57,529 nucleotides of DNA. It comes from Candidatus Firestoneibacteriota bacterium (lineage in GTDB: Bacteria > Oederibacteriota > D2-FULL-39-29 > CAIOVX01). The stretch lies in assembly GCA_903894145.1 (NCBI GenBank), contig CAITPB010000233.1, forward strand, positions 1 to 57,529, read 5' to 3'. The notes beneath the pieces were generated by a model, which worked only from the letters and a program-made list of their open reading frames with translations, searched no databases and was not told where the DNA came from. This document shows, piece by piece, positions 1 to 9,337 of the stretch. Each line of letters starts with the position of its first letter. Position 1 is the first letter of the stretch. Made by a program: the position numbers and the translations under genes.

Positions 1-428
1 ACTTCGCCGCAGTCAGGGAACTTTGGGCAATTGATGCATTCAGTCCAGACTTTATGCGGAAGCGAGTCGCGCTTGACAATTTTAAATCCGAACTTGCGGA
101 AGAATTTGGGAATGTAGGTAAGCGTGAAGACTCTTTTTACGCCAAGCTCTTTTGCTTCGGCAAGGCACGCCTCAACGAGTTCTTTGCCGATGCCCCTCCC
201 TGAATGCCTCTTTTCTACCGCCAGTGAGCGAATTTCAGCCAAGTCTCCCCAGGAGATGCTTAAAGCGCAAACCCCGACGAGTTTGTCCTTGTGCCTGTAA
301 ACGTAGAAGTCGCGCAGTCTTTCATAAATATCCACGATTGATTTTGGCAGCATCAGGTCCTTTTTGGCGTAAGCGTTGATAAGTTTCTGAATCTCCTTCG
401 CATCTTCCAGTTTTGCTTTTGTTATCAT
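1..428 (-). CDS. GNAT-family N-acetyltransferase (short ArgA-like); 3' end runs off the window
   Basis: My own translation from ATG at 426-428, with AAGGAG 6 nt upstream: MITKAKLEDAKEIQKLINAYAKK...IRSLAVEKRHSGRGIGKELV (acetyl-CoA RxxGxG motif)...CINCPKFPDCGE. The frame is open to position 1. It is absent from the ORF track because it is truncated. Confidence 0.8.
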   Translation of the reverse strand, partial: MITKAKLEDAKEIQKLINAYAKKDLMLPKSIVDIYERLRDFYVYRHKDKLVGVCALSISWGDLAEIRSLAVEKRHSGRGIGKELVEACLAEAKELGVKRVFTLTYIPKFFRKFGFKIVKRDSLPHKVWTECINCPKFPDCGE

Positions 429-440
429 TTCTTTCTCCTT

Positions 441-474
441 GAATTAGTAATCAGCAATCAGCAATTAGTAATCG
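441..474. repeat. Heptanucleotide tandem repeat (YAGYAAT)x4, copy 1 of a dispersed family
   Basis: The plus strand reads GAAT TAGTAAT CAGCAAT CAGCAAT TAGTAAT CG. It lies between the dnaE stop (478-480) and the SD of the GNAT gene. Related arrays occur at 39159-39195 and 56794-56864. Confidence 0.85.
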
Positions 475-477
475 CCT

Positions 478-3400
478 TTAAGCCGATAACCATACCGTCT
501 CTTCCCCCACCAATGTCTCTATTTCGGCCATCAACTGCCTTGTCGGTCTGACCCTCATAGGAGTTTCCACAATAGAAAGTTCCTTCTCGTACTGATCCAC
601 GAAATGCAGGAATACCAGACACGCTCCTCCGTTGCCGTTGTGCTTTGAGAGAAGTGTTTTCAACTGTTCAAGCAGCTGCTCTTCAAGCCCTATCTTCATT
701 AGTTTAATATGCATTTTTTTGCTCAAACGCTGCTCAGCTTCTTCAAGCAGCATAATGTCGTCGGCGAGTATCTTTGCATTTAGCGAACTTTTGTCGTCAA
801 CGGCTTGCGGTTCCGCTTCTTCCTGTTTTGCTCCCATCCTTTCCTCAAAATCCACTTTACCTTTAATAAGAACCATATTCTCTTCTACAAGTTTTTCTCT
901 GATAGTCTCGTACAGCCTGGGCCAGACAACAATCTCCACAGTTCCGAAAAGATCTTCCAGCGTCAGTATGGCCATCTCCTGATTCTTTGTTTTGGTAATT
1001 TTTTTGTCCACTTTTTGAATAATACCGCCGATGGTAACGGTTGCGGCGTCCTCAAAGTTTTTCAGGGTTGTTGTTGAAGCGTTGGTGAAATGTTTAAGTG
1101 AATCCTCAAATTTTATCAGAGGGTGCCCTGAAAGGTACATTCCCAGAAGGTCTTTTTCAAACGAGAGCAGTTTGTCCTCGGGGTACTCCTCTTTGGAGAC
1201 AGGTTTCGCGGCATCGGCCATTACTTCGGAGCCAAAGAGCATGTCCTGCCCGCTAGCCTTGTCATCCTGGAGTTTAGCGGCCTGGCTCAAAGTTGACTCA
1301 AGCAGGGTCATGAGCTGCAGCCGTTTTTCTTTGAAAGTGTCAAAGCCGCCGCACTTGACGAGGCTCTCTATAACTCTCTTGTTAATCAGGCGAAGATCGA
1401 CCCTGGCGCAGAAATCAGCGAGCGATTTGTACTCGCCGTTCTTTTCTCTTTCTTTTACGATGTTGTCCGCTGCGAGGGAACCTACATTTTTAATAGCCGA
1501 GAGCGCGAAACAGATTTCATTCTTGCCGTAAGTGGTGAATTTTTCGTGGCAGCGGTTGACATCCGGCGCGACAAGGGCTATCCCCGCTTTGCGGCATTCG
1601 TCAATATACCAGGGAATCTTATTGTCGTTCTTGTCCGTGTGCCCAATCTCAGAAGATAGCAGGGCCGCGTAAAACTCAAGCGGGTAGTGGGCCTTAAGAT
1701 AAGCGGTGTGGAATGCGAGCACTGAATAGGCCGCCGCGTGCGCTTTATTGAAGCCGTAACCCGCGAATTTCGCGATCAGGTCGAAAACTTTGTTGGCAAG
1801 GTCCTGCTTGATGTTTTTCTTCTTGGCTCCTTCAAGGAACTTTGCGCGCTGTTCTTCCATTACATCCAGGTTCTTTTTTCCCATCGCTTTTCTAAGATAG
1901 TCGGCCTGTCCAAGCGAGAAGCCGGCAAATACCTGGGCGATCTGCATGACCTGTTCCTGATAAACAATTATTCCGTAGGTTTCTTTGAGGATGGGCTCAA
2001 AGTCTTGATGATCGTATTTAACGGGTATCATGCCGTGTTTTCGTTTTATGAAATCATCAATAAAATCCATGGCGCCGGGACGGTAGAGCGCGTTTAATGC
2101 AATCATGTCCCTTATGTCCCTTGGTTTTACCTTACGCATCAGGTCCCGCATGCCTTTGCTTTCAAATTGAAAGACGCCGGCGGTCTTGCCTTCGCCCAGC
2201 AGGTCAAAAGTCTTTCCGTCCTCGAGAGATATCGCGTCGACATCTATGTCAATCCCGTAATTCTGTTTAATGTTCTTCACGGCGTCGTCTATTACATTGA
2301 GGGTCTCAAGTCCGAGGAAATCCATCTTTACCAGTCCGACCTGTTCGATGGAATGCATTTCGTACTGAATTGAAATTGTTCCTTTCTTCTGGTCTTTGAA
2401 GAGCGGGACATAGTTGGTCAGAGGCTCTTTCGCGATGACGACTCCGGCGGCGTGTGTTGAGGTGTTCTTTGTCATATTAACCATGTCGGAAGCAACGGTC
2501 ACAACCCGCCTTACCAGTTCGTTTGCCTTCATCATTTCATTCAGCTCGCGGATGCCCTTGGCAGTGTCAATAAGGCTGGCCTGTTCCTCGCTGCCTTCAA
2601 TATTTGGGAGTTTTGCGGGAACCAGTTTTGCGATAATGTTTCTTTCGCTAAAAGGCATCCCGAGAGCCATGCCAACGTTCTGGATCGCGCTTTTGCACAC
2701 AAGCGTGCCGAATGTAATTATCTGACCTACATTCTCGGTGCCGTATTTATCTTTTACATACTGAACCATGCGGTCCCGGTCCTGAAAGTCAACATCGATA
2801 TCGGGAGGGCTTATGCGTTCGTTGTTTAAAAAGCGTTCAAAGAAAAGATTGTACTTCATCGGATTTATTTCCGTAATACCGAGACAGTAGGCGGCAAGCG
2901 ATCCGCAAACGGAACCTCTCCCGGGGCCGACGCGGATACCATGTCCTTTTGCCCATTTTATGTAATCCCAGACTATAAGAAAGTAGCCGGCGAACCGTTC
3001 TTTGTTTATGACGGAAATTTCAAAATCTACCCTGTTTTTCAGCTCTTTGGGGGGATTTTTCCCGAAGCGAGTTATTAAACCTTCGAGGGTAAGTTGCGCG
3101 AAATATTCCTCGCGGTTCTCGTACTCTTTCGGTATCGGAAAATCAGGAAGTATAAGTTCTTTAACTTTCGGAAAAGAGAAATTGCATTTCTCCGCGACTT
3201 CCAGCGTGTTCTTGAGCGCTTCCGGTACATAGGAGAATTTCGCCAGCATCTCCTCTTCCGATTTTATGTAGAACTGGTCGTTCGCGAATTTCATCCTGTT
3301 CTCATCCTGCACGGTCTTCCCGGTCTGGATGCAGAGCAGGATATCCTGCAGCTGCGCGTGCTCGCGTTTTATATAGTGGCAGTCGTTCGTGGCTACGACC

Positions 3401-4008
3401 GGCAGTTTAAAATCTTTTGACGCTTTGACCAGCTCTTCATTGACCCGGAACTGTTCTTCTATGTCGTGGTCCTGGAGTTCAAGGTAGAAATTCCCCGGCC
3501 CGAAGACGTCGCTGTACTGACCGATTAGCTGCCTGGCCTCGTCTATCTTTCCCTTCTGTATCGCCATGGGAATCTCGCCTTTCAGGCAGGCGGAAAGACA
3601 TATTAGTCCCTGTGAATGTTTAAAGAGCAATTCCTTGTCAATACGGGGTTTGTAATAGAACCCGTCAATGTAGCCGGCGCTTACGAGTTTTATCAGGTTC
3701 TTGTAACCGGTTTCATCCTTGCAGAGCAGTATGAGATGATAGGAGGTTTCCGTGTTTGGATTGGCGACCTTGTCGAACCTGGAACCGGGGGCAACGTAAA
3801 CTTCACAGCCGATGATTGGCTTAATGCCGGCTTTCATCGCCGCGCCGTAAAATTCTACAGCCCCAAACATGTTGCCGTGATCCGTGATGGCCATCGCCGG
3901 CTGGCGGAGCGAGGCAGTGTACTTGAGCATGGGTTTCAGTATCGAAGCGCCGTCAAGCAGGCTGTACTGTGTATGGTTATGTAAGTGGACAAACTGGCTG
4001 TGCGGCAT
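478..4008 (-). CDS. dnaE: DNA polymerase III alpha subunit
   Basis: 1176 aa. N-terminal PHP domain FVHLHNHTQYSLLDGA, a polymerase core and a C-terminal OB region. The length is typical of DnaE. Confidence 0.97.
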   Translation of the reverse strand: MPHSQFVHLHNHTQYSLLDGASILKPMLKYTASLRQPAMAITDHGNMFGAVEFYGAAMKAGIKPIIGCEVYVAPGSRFDKVANPNTETSYHLILLCKDETGYKNLIKLVSAGYIDGFYYKPRIDKELLFKHSQGLICLSACLKGEIPMAIQKGKIDEARQLIGQYSDVFGPGNFYLELQDHDIEEQFRVNEELVKASKDFKLPVVATNDCHYIKREHAQLQDILLCIQTGKTVQDENRMKFANDQFYIKSEEEMLAKFSYVPEALKNTLEVAEKCNFSFPKVKELILPDFPIPKEYENREEYFAQLTLEGLITRFGKNPPKELKNRVDFEISVINKERFAGYFLIVWDYIKWAKGHGIRVGPGRGSVCGSLAAYCLGITEINPMKYNLFFERFLNNERISPPDIDVDFQDRDRMVQYVKDKYGTENVGQIITFGTLVCKSAIQNVGMALGMPFSERNIIAKLVPAKLPNIEGSEEQASLIDTAKGIRELNEMMKANELVRRVVTVASDMVNMTKNTSTHAAGVVIAKEPLTNYVPLFKDQKKGTISIQYEMHSIEQVGLVKMDFLGLETLNVIDDAVKNIKQNYGIDIDVDAISLEDGKTFDLLGEGKTAGVFQFESKGMRDLMRKVKPRDIRDMIALNALYRPGAMDFIDDFIKRKHGMIPVKYDHQDFEPILKETYGIIVYQEQVMQIAQVFAGFSLGQADYLRKAMGKKNLDVMEEQRAKFLEGAKKKNIKQDLANKVFDLIAKFAGYGFNKAHAAAYSVLAFHTAYLKAHYPLEFYAALLSSEIGHTDKNDNKIPWYIDECRKAGIALVAPDVNRCHEKFTTYGKNEICFALSAIKNVGSLAADNIVKEREKNGEYKSLADFCARVDLRLINKRVIESLVKCGGFDTFKEKRLQLMTLLESTLSQAAKLQDDKASGQDMLFGSEVMADAAKPVSKEEYPEDKLLSFEKDLLGMYLSGHPLIKFEDSLKHFTNASTTTLKNFEDAATVTIGGIIQKVDKKITKTKNQEMAILTLEDLFGTVEIVVWPRLYETIREKLVEENMVLIKGKVDFEERMGAKQEEAEPQAVDDKSSLNAKILADDIMLLEEAEQRLSKKMHIKLMKIGLEEQLLEQLKTLLSKHNGNGGACLVFLHFVDQYEKELSIVETPMRVRPTRQLMAEIETLVGEETVWLSA

Positions 4009-5459
4009 TATTCCCCTGTTAATTTCCTTTTTTGTTTAGTCCCATGAATTATTAGCAGAATAATAACGATAAGTAAAGCAACTAAGGATATTAAATAACC
4101 GCTATGCACCGCAGCCTTGTACAGGGGGGCCTCTTTTTCTACTATGGTGAGTGAAAGGTTAAGCAGGGCGCTTGGAGGCATTATAGCCTCAAGCCTCTTT
4201 ATCTTCCATAGTCCGGCGTGTTCTATAAGCGAGCCGGCCATGAGCAGTACTCCCGCCGTAAGCAGGGCTTTCACCGTTCTGCTGTTTACGCTTTTTGTGA
4301 AGGCGCTAAAACGCGCCGAGGCAAGCACAACCGCAAAAAAGAATGGAATTATAATCATACGGAGCGCCGCTGACTGGGAATTAAAAAATGGCACAAAGGA
4401 AAAAATAGCGTAGAATCTGTCAAAAGTGAAGAATAGCAGAATGAGCATGGATATATAGACGCCTCTCAGTTCTGTTCTTGCGGGCGCCGGCCCTGTTTCA
4501 TCGTTCTTTCCGCGGGCTGTGAGGATTCCCGGCAGTATGCAGAACCAGGCTATAAAAGCAAATCCGGTAATATCCGTAAAAAGGTTGTATTCAAACCACC
4601 CAAACGCTCCCTGATAAAGCTGAAAGTTGACATCCTGTGGGATTATCATGGCTGACAGCAGGGTTAGAATTGAAGGATACCCCTTGGAGCCGGCGTTATT
4701 TTTTCCGGCATAGGCGACAAGAGCCGGGAGCAGCCTGAAAGCCGAGAGTGCCGCGGAAACTCCCAAAGCAATGGCAATGTTTTTCCACTTCTTGAAATCC
4801 GCGAACATATAAATTATTAAGAAGAACACACACCACACGTAAACATGGAATCCGCCCTGAAGAAGCATACAGAAAAAGAGCAGCGATAGTTGTAATGCCG
4901 TCCTTAATCCCTTCTTCCCTGCGTCAAGGTCAAACACCAGCAAGACGAAGAACGGCAGAAGAAACACGGAGAACCACTGAGTGTGGCCGACGCCCATGCG
5001 GGATATGGTGTAACCGTTGAAGTTGACGAGCAAAAACAGCGCGGTAAATGTCAGCAGGTTAAGGCTGAATCTCCTGCGTATCAAAAGGCAGCCGGCAAAG
5101 CCAAGCGTGTAGAAGAGAGCCATATTGAAACATTCGAACTCTCCCGGGGAGAGCCACTTGAGCAGAAAAATCTGCGGAGAAACCATTGTTTCCGGAGAGC
5201 CAAGGAACATATCGGTCTGCTGGACAGGTTCTGAAATAAAATAAGGTATTTTGTTCTCTGTCAGGGCCTGTTTAAGAACCAGGCAGTATTGTTTTTCTTT
5301 GGGCCAGTCCGCTATCGACATCGGGATGCTGCCCATGCGGAAAGACGAAATCCAGTGGGATAGCCCCAAAAGGAAAAGAAACGTCAAAAAAATGGCTGCA
5401 AATAACTTCCCTGGTTCTCCAAAGAAGCTTTTTTCAATCCTTTTTAGCATGGTATCCAT
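4008..5459 (-). CDS. Polytopic integral membrane protein of unknown function (possibly a GT-C-like glycosyltransferase)
   Basis: 483 aa with about 12 hydrophobic segments. The stop overlaps the dnaE start by 1 nt (TAATG) and the start overlaps the trpA end. I recognise no catalytic motif. Confidence 0.6.
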   Translation of the reverse strand: MDTMLKRIEKSFFGEPGKLFAAIFLTFLFLLGLSHWISSFRMGSIPMSIADWPKEKQYCLVLKQALTENKIPYFISEPVQQTDMFLGSPETMVSPQIFLLKWLSPGEFECFNMALFYTLGFAGCLLIRRRFSLNLLTFTALFLLVNFNGYTISRMGVGHTQWFSVFLLPFFVLLVFDLDAGKKGLRTALQLSLLFFCMLLQGGFHVYVWCVFFLIIYMFADFKKWKNIAIALGVSAALSAFRLLPALVAYAGKNNAGSKGYPSILTLLSAMIIPQDVNFQLYQGAFGWFEYNLFTDITGFAFIAWFCILPGILTARGKNDETGPAPARTELRGVYISMLILLFFTFDRFYAIFSFVPFFNSQSAALRMIIIPFFFAVVLASARFSAFTKSVNSRTVKALLTAGVLLMAGSLIEHAGLWKIKRLEAIMPPSALLNLSLTIVEKEAPLYKAAVHSGYLISLVALLIVIILLIIHGTKQKRKLTGE

Positions 5460-6276
5460 TATTGCATATTCCCTTGCGCAGTTTTGAAACGAAATTTCCT
5501 ACAATCCCGGGCAGGTTCTCTTTACCTATGCTTGCCGTGATTACTTTGATGACCGCGCTTCCAACTATTGCCCCGTCAGCATGTTTTAGTACTTTCGCGA
5601 GCATCCCGGGCGTCGAGATTCCGAAACCAAGCGCAAGCGGTTTGTCCGTAAACCTGCGTATCAGGTCAATATACTTTTTGAAATCAGGCAGGGCAGACCT
5701 TGTCCCGGTTATTCCGGCGACTGTCACGCAGTAAATAAAGCCTTCACTCATGGCAGATACCATCTTTATCCTTGTGCTGTCGCTTGTAGGGGCAAGGAAA
5801 AATATTACTTTTACGCCATGCGCTCCGGCCGCTTTTTTGAGCTTTCCTCCCTCTTCCGGTATAAGGTCCGGAACTATGACTCCATCAATGCCGTTTTTCG
5901 AGCAATCCCCTGCAAACTTGGTCAGACCGTATTGCAAAATGGAGTTATAATAACCCATAAGGACAAGAGCCGAAGAAATCTTTGGCTTTACTTTAGAAGC
6001 AAGCTTAAAAACCCCGGCAAGAGAGACGTGCTTTTTAAGCGCATAATGGCTGGATTCCTGGATTGCAGGCCCGTCGGCCACAGGATCTGAAAACGGCACA
6101 CCCAGTTCAATAATGTCTGCGCCGGCTCTGTCAATCTCCAGCACAAGTTTCTCCGTTGCAGCGATGCTGGGATATCCCGCGGTTATATAGATGATAAGGT
6201 TTTTTCTCGGTTTTCCATTAATCACAGAGAATTTATCGTCAATCCTATTGGTCATTTTATATGTTCCTGCCGACAT
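5434..6276 (-). CDS. trpA: Tryptophan synthase alpha chain
   Basis: [22 protein letters not shown] motif. An alternative start at 6255 ([17 protein letters not shown]) lies just after the trpB stop. Confidence 0.93.
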   Translation of the reverse strand: MSAGTYKMTNRIDDKFSVINGKPRKNLIIYITAGYPSIAATEKLVLEIDRAGADIIELGVPFSDPVADGPAIQESSHYALKKHVSLAGVFKLASKVKPKISSALVLMGYYNSILQYGLTKFAGDCSKNGIDGVIVPDLIPEEGGKLKKAAGAHGVKVIFFLAPTSDSTRIKMVSAMSEGFIYCVTVAGITGTRSALPDFKKYIDLIRRFTDKPLALGFGISTPGMLAKVLKHADGAIVGSAVIKVITASIGKENLPGIVGNFVSKLRKGICNNGYHAKKD

Positions 6277-7426
6277 CTTTGTCCCCCCTTCCCGATAGGT
6301 TCAGGACAATAATCTCGCCTTTCCTGAAGCGCCTCCTGTTTTTTATCACATATCCTATTGCGTGCGAAGATTCAAGCGCCGGAATGATGCCTTCTATGCG
6401 GGTAAGCAGGTGATATGCGTTCAATGCTTCGGTATCTGTAACAGCGTAATATTCCGCCCTTCCTGTTGCTTTGTAGAAGCTGTGTTCAGGGCCTACCCCC
6501 GGGTAATCCAATCCGGCGGCTATAGAATGTGTTGGAACAACCTGCCCATTGACGTCTTGTAACATGTATGAGTAGGCCCCATGTAATACTCCTGGCCTGC
6601 CGCAACTTAGCGTTGCAGAGTGTAACTTTGAGTTTATGCCTTTGCCTCCTGCCTCAACGCCTATCATACTGACTTTTCTATCGTTGTAAAACCTGTGGAA
6701 GAGCCCTATTGAATTACTCCCGCCGCCAACGCAGGCAATCAGGTAATCCGGCAGTCTGCCTTCCATTGAAATAATCTGTTTTCTAGCCTCATTTCCAATG
6801 ACGCTCTGGAAGTCTCGGACCATCATCGGGTAAGGGTGAGGCCCTGCGACAGTGCCAAAGATGTAGTATGTATGGCGGACAGTCGCTACCCAGTCGCGGA
6901 AAGCCTCGTTCAGCGCATCCTTCAGTGTTCTGGAGCCGGAACCCACCGGAATAACCCTGGCGCCGAGCAGTTTCATGCGGCAAACATTAAGCGCCTGTCT
7001 CTCGCAGTCTTCCTCGCCCATGAAAACATCGCATTCAAGCCCGAATTTCGCCGCGACGGTAGCGGTTGCGACTCCGTGCTGACCTGCTCCTGTTTCGGCA
7101 ATGACACGTTTCTTACCCATGCGAAGAGCCAGCAGGGCCTGCCCCACAGCGTTGTTTATTTTGTGTGAGCCTGTGTGGGCAAGGTCTTCCCTCTTCAGGT
7201 AAATCTTAGGGCCTCCGATATATTCGGTCAGCCTTTTTGCGAAATAGAGAGGAGTCTCTCTGCCTATATAGTTCTTGCGGTAGAATTCAAGTTCCCGGAT
7301 GAACTTAATGTCATTTTTTGCTCTTGAATACTCCGCCTCAAGTTCCAGTAAAGCAGGCACGAGAGTTTCAGGCAGAAACCTGCCGCCGAAATCTCCGAAA
7401 TATCCTCTCTTGTCAGGTAAAAGCAT
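6257..7426 (-). CDS. trpB: Tryptophan synthase beta chain
   Basis: 389 aa with the PLP-lysine motif [11 protein letters not shown] and the GGGSN loop. Confidence 0.97.
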   Translation of the reverse strand: MLLPDKRGYFGDFGGRFLPETLVPALLELEAEYSRAKNDIKFIRELEFYRKNYIGRETPLYFAKRLTEYIGGPKIYLKREDLAHTGSHKINNAVGQALLALRMGKKRVIAETGAGQHGVATATVAAKFGLECDVFMGEEDCERQALNVCRMKLLGARVIPVGSGSRTLKDALNEAFRDWVATVRHTYYIFGTVAGPHPYPMMVRDFQSVIGNEARKQIISMEGRLPDYLIACVGGGSNSIGLFHRFYNDRKVSMIGVEAGGKGINSKLHSATLSCGRPGVLHGAYSYMLQDVNGQVVPTHSIAAGLDYPGVGPEHSFYKATGRAEYYAVTDTEALNAYHLLTRIEGIIPALESSHAIGYVIKNRRRFRKGEIIVLNLSGRGDKDVGRNI

Positions 7427-7434
7427 AATACTCC

Positions 7435-8058
7435 TCAGCGTGAAGCTCTTTTGCAGTTAGAAATAAACTTTTTCAATTTTCTCAGGTCCTTTTTGCCAGG
7501 TCTTGATTCCACGCCGCTGTTCACATCTACGCAATAGGGATCCACCTTTCTTATCGCATCCGAGACATTTTCCGGAGTCAGCCCTCCTGATAGGATGACG
7601 GGGTTTCCTATTTGTTTGGCTGATACGGCCAGTTTCCAGTCAAAAGTCCTGCCTGTGCCGCCTCTCTTTCCTGCGACAAAAGCGTCAAGCAGGAAAGCTG
7701 ATGCCGTAATATAAGCCGGCAAAAAAGCCAGGTCTGATTTATCCTTGATACGGAAAGCCTTGATTACCGGTAATGGATAAAAATTAGAGAGGACTTCCGG
7801 GCGTTCGTCTCCATGAAGCTGCGCGGCGGAAAGTCCGATAGCGGAAGCGAGCTTAAGCACCAAGCGAGGATTCTCGTTGACAAAAACTCCGACCTTAACG
7901 GTAAAAGGAGGAAGTTTTTCTGCTATTTTTTCAGCCTGCGCCGGGGTGATATGACGCGGACTTTTTGCAAAAATAAAACCAAGTATGTCCGCGCCGCACT
8001 CAACGGCGGCCCGGGCATCGTCCAAGCTTGTAATTCCGCACACTTTAACTAACGTCAT
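7435..8058 (-). CDS. trpF: Phosphoribosylanthranilate isomerase
   Basis: [10 protein letters not shown] start, 207 aa, PRAI-like throughout. Confidence 0.93.
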   Translation of the reverse strand: MTLVKVCGITSLDDARAAVECGADILGFIFAKSPRHITPAQAEKIAEKLPPFTVKVGVFVNENPRLVLKLASAIGLSAAQLHGDERPEVLSNFYPLPVIKAFRIKDKSDLAFLPAYITASAFLLDAFVAGKRGGTGRTFDWKLAVSAKQIGNPVILSGGLTPENVSDAIRKVDPYCVDVNSGVESRPGKKDLRKLKKFISNCKRASR

Positions 8059-8063
8059 AGAAT

Positions 8064-8072
8064 ATTATAGCA
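8064..8072 (-). promoter_or_regulatory. Extended -10 promoter TGCTATAAT, 5 nt upstream of the trpF ATG (leaderless geometry)
   Basis: The minus strand reads tttGCTATAATattctATG. There is no SD between the -10 and the ATG. Confidence 0.6.
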
Positions 8073-8126
8073 AATGGGCGGCATTTCCTAAAGCGATAAA
8101 ATCCCGGGCGTTAAGGCTGTTCGGAT

Positions 8127-8576
8127 TTACTTGATAAGCGATATTTGGGTCTGGGAGCTTAGCACGATCTCAGGAGCTCCTTTGTATTCTTTTACCCTGC
8201 CCGAAACCTTAACTTTTTTGTTTAGGTAGTATTCTTCCGGTTTATCCGGGAATTTAGCAAAATCTGAAGCAAAAATTACGCAGGTCAGGTAAAGATTCAG
8301 GCCGTCCTTGAAATTCAAGAAAACTACTTTCCCTGAATTATGGCTTTTGGTGATAGTGCCCTCTATAATTATATTCTTGCCGATATTGTTGGCAGCGTCC
8401 GATATAGGAACACTTACCGGCGGCACAAACCCTCCTGCCGCGCTGCCGGGTTGCGGAGCTGTTTTGTGTCCGCGGGAATCCAGAATTAAGAGTTTAAAAC
8501 ATAAGAGCACCGCAATTGCCGCGGCCGCGGTGATTCCCGCTTTAATCGCGAAATTAAGAAGTTTTGCCCTGTCCAT
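8127..8576 (-). CDS. Membrane-anchored OB-fold (nucleic-acid-binding-like) protein
   Basis: 149 aa. An N-terminal TM segment (AGITAAAAIAVLLCFKLLIL), a linker, then a C-terminal beta-rich segment IIIEGTITKSHNSGKVVFLNFKD...KVSGRVKEYKGAPEIVL typical of OB-fold anticodon-binding-like domains. The start lies 1 nt after the nuclease stop. Confidence 0.55.
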   Translation of the reverse strand: MDRAKLLNFAIKAGITAAAAIAVLLCFKLLILDSRGHKTAPQPGSAAGGFVPPVSVPISDAANNIGKNIIIEGTITKSHNSGKVVFLNFKDGLNLYLTCVIFASDFAKFPDKPEEYYLNKKVKVSGRVKEYKGAPEIVLSSQTQISLIK

Positions 8577-8577
8577 T

Positions 8578-9330
8578 TCAGTCTCCTTTTACCGGATATA
8601 TATTCAGCAGTTCTTTGAAATTGTCGTCTAATTTTGTTTTGCCCGTGTCGTTTAGTGACTGATAGCTGTTTATCAGGTGGGAGATTCGTCCGTCTTTAAG
8701 GTCAAAGTTCCACACTCCGCGGTGTTTCTCACGCGCTTCCCTCTCGCAGTCTGCATAGACTGCTTTCTTTTTGAAAGGCTTAAAGGTATAAAGATATGCA
8801 AATCCCCGCAGAAGCATTTCTGCGTTAAGGTCGGTATTGCCGACATAAACGTAGGCCAGAGCCCGGCCGTACATATCCTTTGAATCGTATTCGTCATATT
8901 CCAAAAAACACTTTTTGCCTTCCGCGAGATTCTTCAGAAAGTCGCGCGCTTCTTCTCCGAACCTTTGTGCGGGTATCACCGGATGATGCAGTTCCGGCGC
9001 ATCAATGCCCTTCATGCGCACTCGATCGCCTGTATTTAGAACAATGGTGTCTCCGTCAATAACATAGGTTATTGTATAGGGCCCGAATTGTGTTATACCA
9101 CGGGCCTGTGGAACCGCCGCCGGCACAGCCGCTGTTTCTGATTTGGTTTCCTGCCTCAAAATCTTATAAAGGAGCATTGAAATGATAATAATAACCGCTA
9201 TTATAAGGACTGATTTGAGATAGGAAAAATGGATTCTGCCGCTTGTCTCACATATGAAAAAGGCCTCCGGAGTTTTTCCGGAGGCCTTTGAGCCCGCTTC
9301 CATTTCTATGCGCTTTTTGACCGCGCTCAT
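8578..9330 (-). CDS. Membrane-anchored thermonuclease (staphylococcal nuclease, SNase, family)
   Basis: 250 aa. TM anchor VLIIAVIIIISMLLY, then SNase motifs VIDGDTIVL, RMKGIDAPE, DMYGRALAYVY and LNAEMLLRGFA. Confidence 0.88.
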   Translation of the reverse strand: MSAVKKRIEMEAGSKASGKTPEAFFICETSGRIHFSYLKSVLIIAVIIIISMLLYKILRQETKSETAAVPAAVPQARGITQFGPYTITYVIDGDTIVLNTGDRVRMKGIDAPELHHPVIPAQRFGEEARDFLKNLAEGKKCFLEYDEYDSKDMYGRALAYVYVGNTDLNAEMLLRGFAYLYTFKPFKKKAVYADCEREAREKHRGVWNFDLKDGRISHLINSYQSLNDTGKTKLDDNFKELLNIYPVKGD

Positions 9331-9337
9331 TTGAGTG

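Noticed and set aside
152-379. 75-aa plus-strand ORF at the window start.
   Set aside because: It is antisense to the GNAT acetyltransferase, which has a clear acetyl-CoA motif. The translation is Cys/Arg/Pro-rich and not plausible as a protein.
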